Assembly: GCA_964016885.1 (NCBI GenBank)
Contig: OZ024749.1
Location: 50,096,001-50,160,000 of the forward strand
Length of the DNA: 64,000 nucleotides
Direction: 5' to 3'
Origin: Eledone cirrhosa
Taxonomy: Eukaryota
Position numbers and translations under genes: made by a program. The notes under the pieces are model-generated. The model made no database searches. It was not told the origin of the DNA and saw nothing but the letters and a program-made list of their open reading frames with translations. Shown here piece after piece: positions 60,165-64,000 of the stretch. Position 1 is the stretch's first letter. Each line of letters opens with the position of its first letter.

Positions 60165-60410
60165 TGCGTACGTGCTTGTATTTGCATACCCATGGCGAGT
60201 GTTTTTGTGTATGCTTGTTTATGTACGTATATGGATGCGTGTATGTAATATTTAATTTGAATTACCTCTGTATTTTACTTTATACTTAATTCTGAAGCCG
60301 AGAATCATTCGGTTTCCTAAATAGAATATTAGTCTACGACTTCATTTATACCATAAACGTGGTTTTGTCTTTGCGTGTAATTGTTTTCAACGCACTGAAT
60401 ATTGACGGAT
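60165..60410 (-). repeat. Inverted homolog of the interior of the TIR element (35770-36037)
   Basis: CTGAAGCCGAGAATCATTCGGTTTCCTAA..AGTCTACGACTTCATTTATACCATAAACGTGGTTTTGTCTTTG matches 35808-35891 in reverse; no TIRs at this copy. Confidence 0.9.
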
Positions 60411-61378
60411 ATCACCATTCTTACATTTGGATATATCTTAATCGTAAACACGTTTAAATTTGTTTTCAAAGTAATTCTTACTATAGAATTTGACAATATT
60501 GAAACAATACTCAAACACGTCTTTGACAAAAAAAATTATAGCACTAAAGTTAACACTTTTGCCATACAAACTGGACTCTGAGTTGATCATATCCTCTCTT
60601 AATGGACATCTGAATGTATATGTTCCTTCATGAATTCCAAAACAAAACAAAATTCAATTTACCATCCTGTTCATTATGTAAATTATACGAAAATGTGGAA
60701 TTTATAAAGATTTTCTCCAAAGTGTTTCATTGTAAATGTTTTCTTTGCTGATTGTATACTAAGAAAACATATATTTGAAACATCGTAATTGTTTTATTTT
60801 TTATAACTGAAATATGTCATTTAGATTTTCGGATGATGCATCTCTCCTTAATGGTTTTGTTGTTAAAATGATTTCTATTTTTATATTGTTTCTTAAATTC
60901 AGTTATATCAAAATGGATTGCCATAGAGCAAAATGCTATCTCGGGCAAATCATTATTTCTGATTTCACAATAAATCTTATATATTTTGAACTGAATATAG
61001 TTTGTGATATGCTAGCTTTTATACGAAAGTTTTGACAACAGTGATGTAGTGCTTTTAAAATGATAACGTTTCTTACCTTTAATTCTTTCTTCTTTTTTTC
61101 TAAAAAATAATATATATCACGGTACATTTATTTACCTTTATGCAATGATAGATCGTTAGAGATTGTAGTCATCATTTTTCCTTCTTACTTCTTTCTAAAA
61201 AATGTTATATATTTTGATTTAAATGTCCGATATCTAATTATACGTAAAATCAGTTTATTCAAACAACTATAAAATCGTGACAATAAGGAATATATGGTAT
61301 TTTCTTACACGACCGGAGTTTGAGCATGAGGGACCGGGTCAGTTCAGATATGATAGGGCCTACATATAACTTGTACAC

Positions 61379-61499
<121 letters not shown>

Positions 61500-61612
61500 T
61501 GTGTAGTGTGTGTGTGAGTGTGTGTGTTTATGTATATATATATATATACATATATATATAAATGGAATAGAATGAAACGAAATTTCATTTCTCACTCTTA
61601 ATACGGCACTTA

Positions 61613-61733
<121 letters not shown>

Positions 61734-62498
61734 GTCTGTTGATGAATATTTGGAGCTTTCTAAGGATAAGTTTTTGTCCTTACTTACGTCCTCACAATAT
61801 AACATGATATATTGATATATTCCATGTTGCTATTGTAAGTGTTATGATGCGAACCCTGACCACGTTAGTACAGTAACGTTTGTAATATAATTATACCTAA
61901 ATGTTCAAACTAAATAAGTATATAGTCATGTGCACGTGTTATTTGGAGATGGTTTGTATTTTTAAAACAATATTAAACAGTTTTAGATGCTAGCGTATTA
62001 GCATAAGAATCTTAAAGACAAACCATGAGATTGTGACTATAAAACGAATGTCAATCAGTGAAGGAATTATATTTAGTAGTTTCTGCTATGAAGTACCAAG
62101 TCAATCAAATTTAAGAAAACATAAGCACGAAAAGCCAAAGGAATTTGTCTGATCCATAAAAAAAGAAAGTTATTTCGAGATTACTATCTTGAGATGAATT
62201 TCTTTCCTTTGCAGTTTACATATTGACAATAAAATTGATTCTTAAAAAAAGTAAGTACTCTTACTTTTAAGCTATATATATAAATATAGCTGTGTGTACG
62301 TGCGCTAATATATATTATATATATATGTGTGTGTGTGGATGTGTGTGTGTATATATACAGAGAGAGAGAGGGTGTAGGGAGAGCGAGAGAGAGCGAAAGA
62401 GAGAGAGAATGAAATATATATATATATAGTAACTTCGTGTGTGTGTACGCGCGCGTATGTATGTGCGTATACATGCAAATATATATATATATATTGAT

Positions 62499-62537
<39 letters not shown>

Positions 62538-62545
62538 GACACACT

Positions 62546-62666
<121 letters not shown>

Positions 62667-62999
62667 TTGATAAAGTTTTGTTGTTGCTGCCATTACTGTC
62701 GTTCAAGTGACTGCTACTGTTATTTTACTTGCCATTGCTGAAGTAGGACTTAATTGGTATGAAGTTTTATAGAAGTAAGTCAAATAATATAAAAGCGGAA
62801 AACATACGGGTAAAGGAAACAAATCGTGAAATATAAAAGCAACGTAAATCTTATTAAAGAAAGAAGAAACAGCAATAATAAGTGATGTTTGTTAGATACT
62901 GTACATCTGTGAATAGAGAATTCGGAGTTCATGTTGTTTAACACGAAGGAAGGACGCCAACTATGCAGATTGATATTATTGTTATTATTATTATTATAG

Positions 63000-63147
63000 T
63001 TGGATTGGCAGTATCGGTAGGGGCTTGAACGCCATGCTTTACAGCAAAGAGTTAAGGCCCTTTATGATCTGAGTTCAAATCCCACCGACGTTAGCTTTGC
63101 TGACACGCACTGGGGTCGATTTAATCGACTTTCCCCTCTCCCCAAAT
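63000..63147 (+). mobile_element. Internally deleted SINE (long-tail variant)
   Basis: A/B boxes present, core deleted; GGGGTCGATTTAATCGACTTTCCCC as in the middle copy of the 52-kb array. Confidence 0.8.
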
Positions 63148-63864
63148 TTGTATTATAGTGTACCTGAGTTGCCCCTGAATTGGCATTCCACCCCTATTGG
63201 GAAATTTATTTTCTTATATTTTTAATATTTTTATATATGTTCATTGTTAATTTTAGTTGTTATGTATTTTTATTCGATTTTATAGTGAACTTCCACTCTC
63301 CTTGTCTTTCTGTGTTCCCATACATGTGGGCCCTAGTGGCTAACAAAAAATCATTATTATTATTATTAATATAACGATAAAAGTTATAATATAACAAAAG
63401 CTACAACAATATTCATACGACAACGGGAGATATTTGAAGCGTTCAGTAATTTCTATTGCAAAGAGGAGTGAAATATCTTTAACCTTGCTGCAATTTTAGC
63501 GAGTAATAAGAGGACAGTGTGATCGCCTTGATTTCAGCCTGGAATATGTATAATCTACATACACCATTTACACTCACCGGTGATAAACATGGGAGCGGAT
63601 AATTAGATTGATCACTCTATTACTGATGAAGCCGAACAACTGCCAATATTTAGACTTTAGTTTTGGTGGTTGGAGAAACGGGTTCTTAACATTCGATTAC
63701 ATCGACACCAGTAGATGACTAGGCAAAGAAAAACATCATTTTGGCTTGAATGAATAAAGCAAAGCGCCGAAAATTATACGTCGAAGCATTTACTGCGAAC
63801 GAGGATTATTCTATTCTAACTCACGAATAACTTATTTTTATTGCATACTAAATCTGTTGCTTCA

Positions 63865-63880
63865 CTACTACTACTACTAC

Positions 63881-63917
<37 letters not shown>

Positions 63918-63939
63918 GCAACTATTACTACTACTACTA

Positions 63940-63980
<41 letters not shown>

Positions 63981-64000
63981 GATATTACTACTACTACTAC
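63865..64000. repeat. (TAC)n/(TAA)n microsatellite
   Basis: Directly visible. Confidence 0.97.

Overview
Very AT-rich eukaryotic (animal) non-coding DNA, saturated with (TA)n, (CA)n, (TACA)n, (GA)n and (ATT)n microsatellites. I recognise no intact host gene or convincing exon; nearly all listed ORFs ([12 protein letters not shown], poly-D/I) are translations of simple repeats. The repeat landscape resembles a cephalopod (octopus-like) genome, which is an inference. Supported content: about 14 copies of a ~190-bp tRNA-derived SINE with a Nin/Deu-like core and ATT tail, several with target-site duplications; a 5'-truncated R4/Dong-type RLE LINE sitting in (TAA)n; a Penelope-like RT fragment; decayed LINE relics; a complete non-autonomous Helitron carrying a 37-bp minisatellite; a TIR-bounded element enclosing sequence also found 24 kb away; and a near-identical 612-bp direct repeat pair with a rearranged third copy. 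The most unusual signals are structural: a TA-embedded family ending in a ~120-nt hairpin whose arms co-vary between copies, two homologous hammerhead-ribozyme-like motifs, and several long palindromes centred on or abutting (TA)n tracts.
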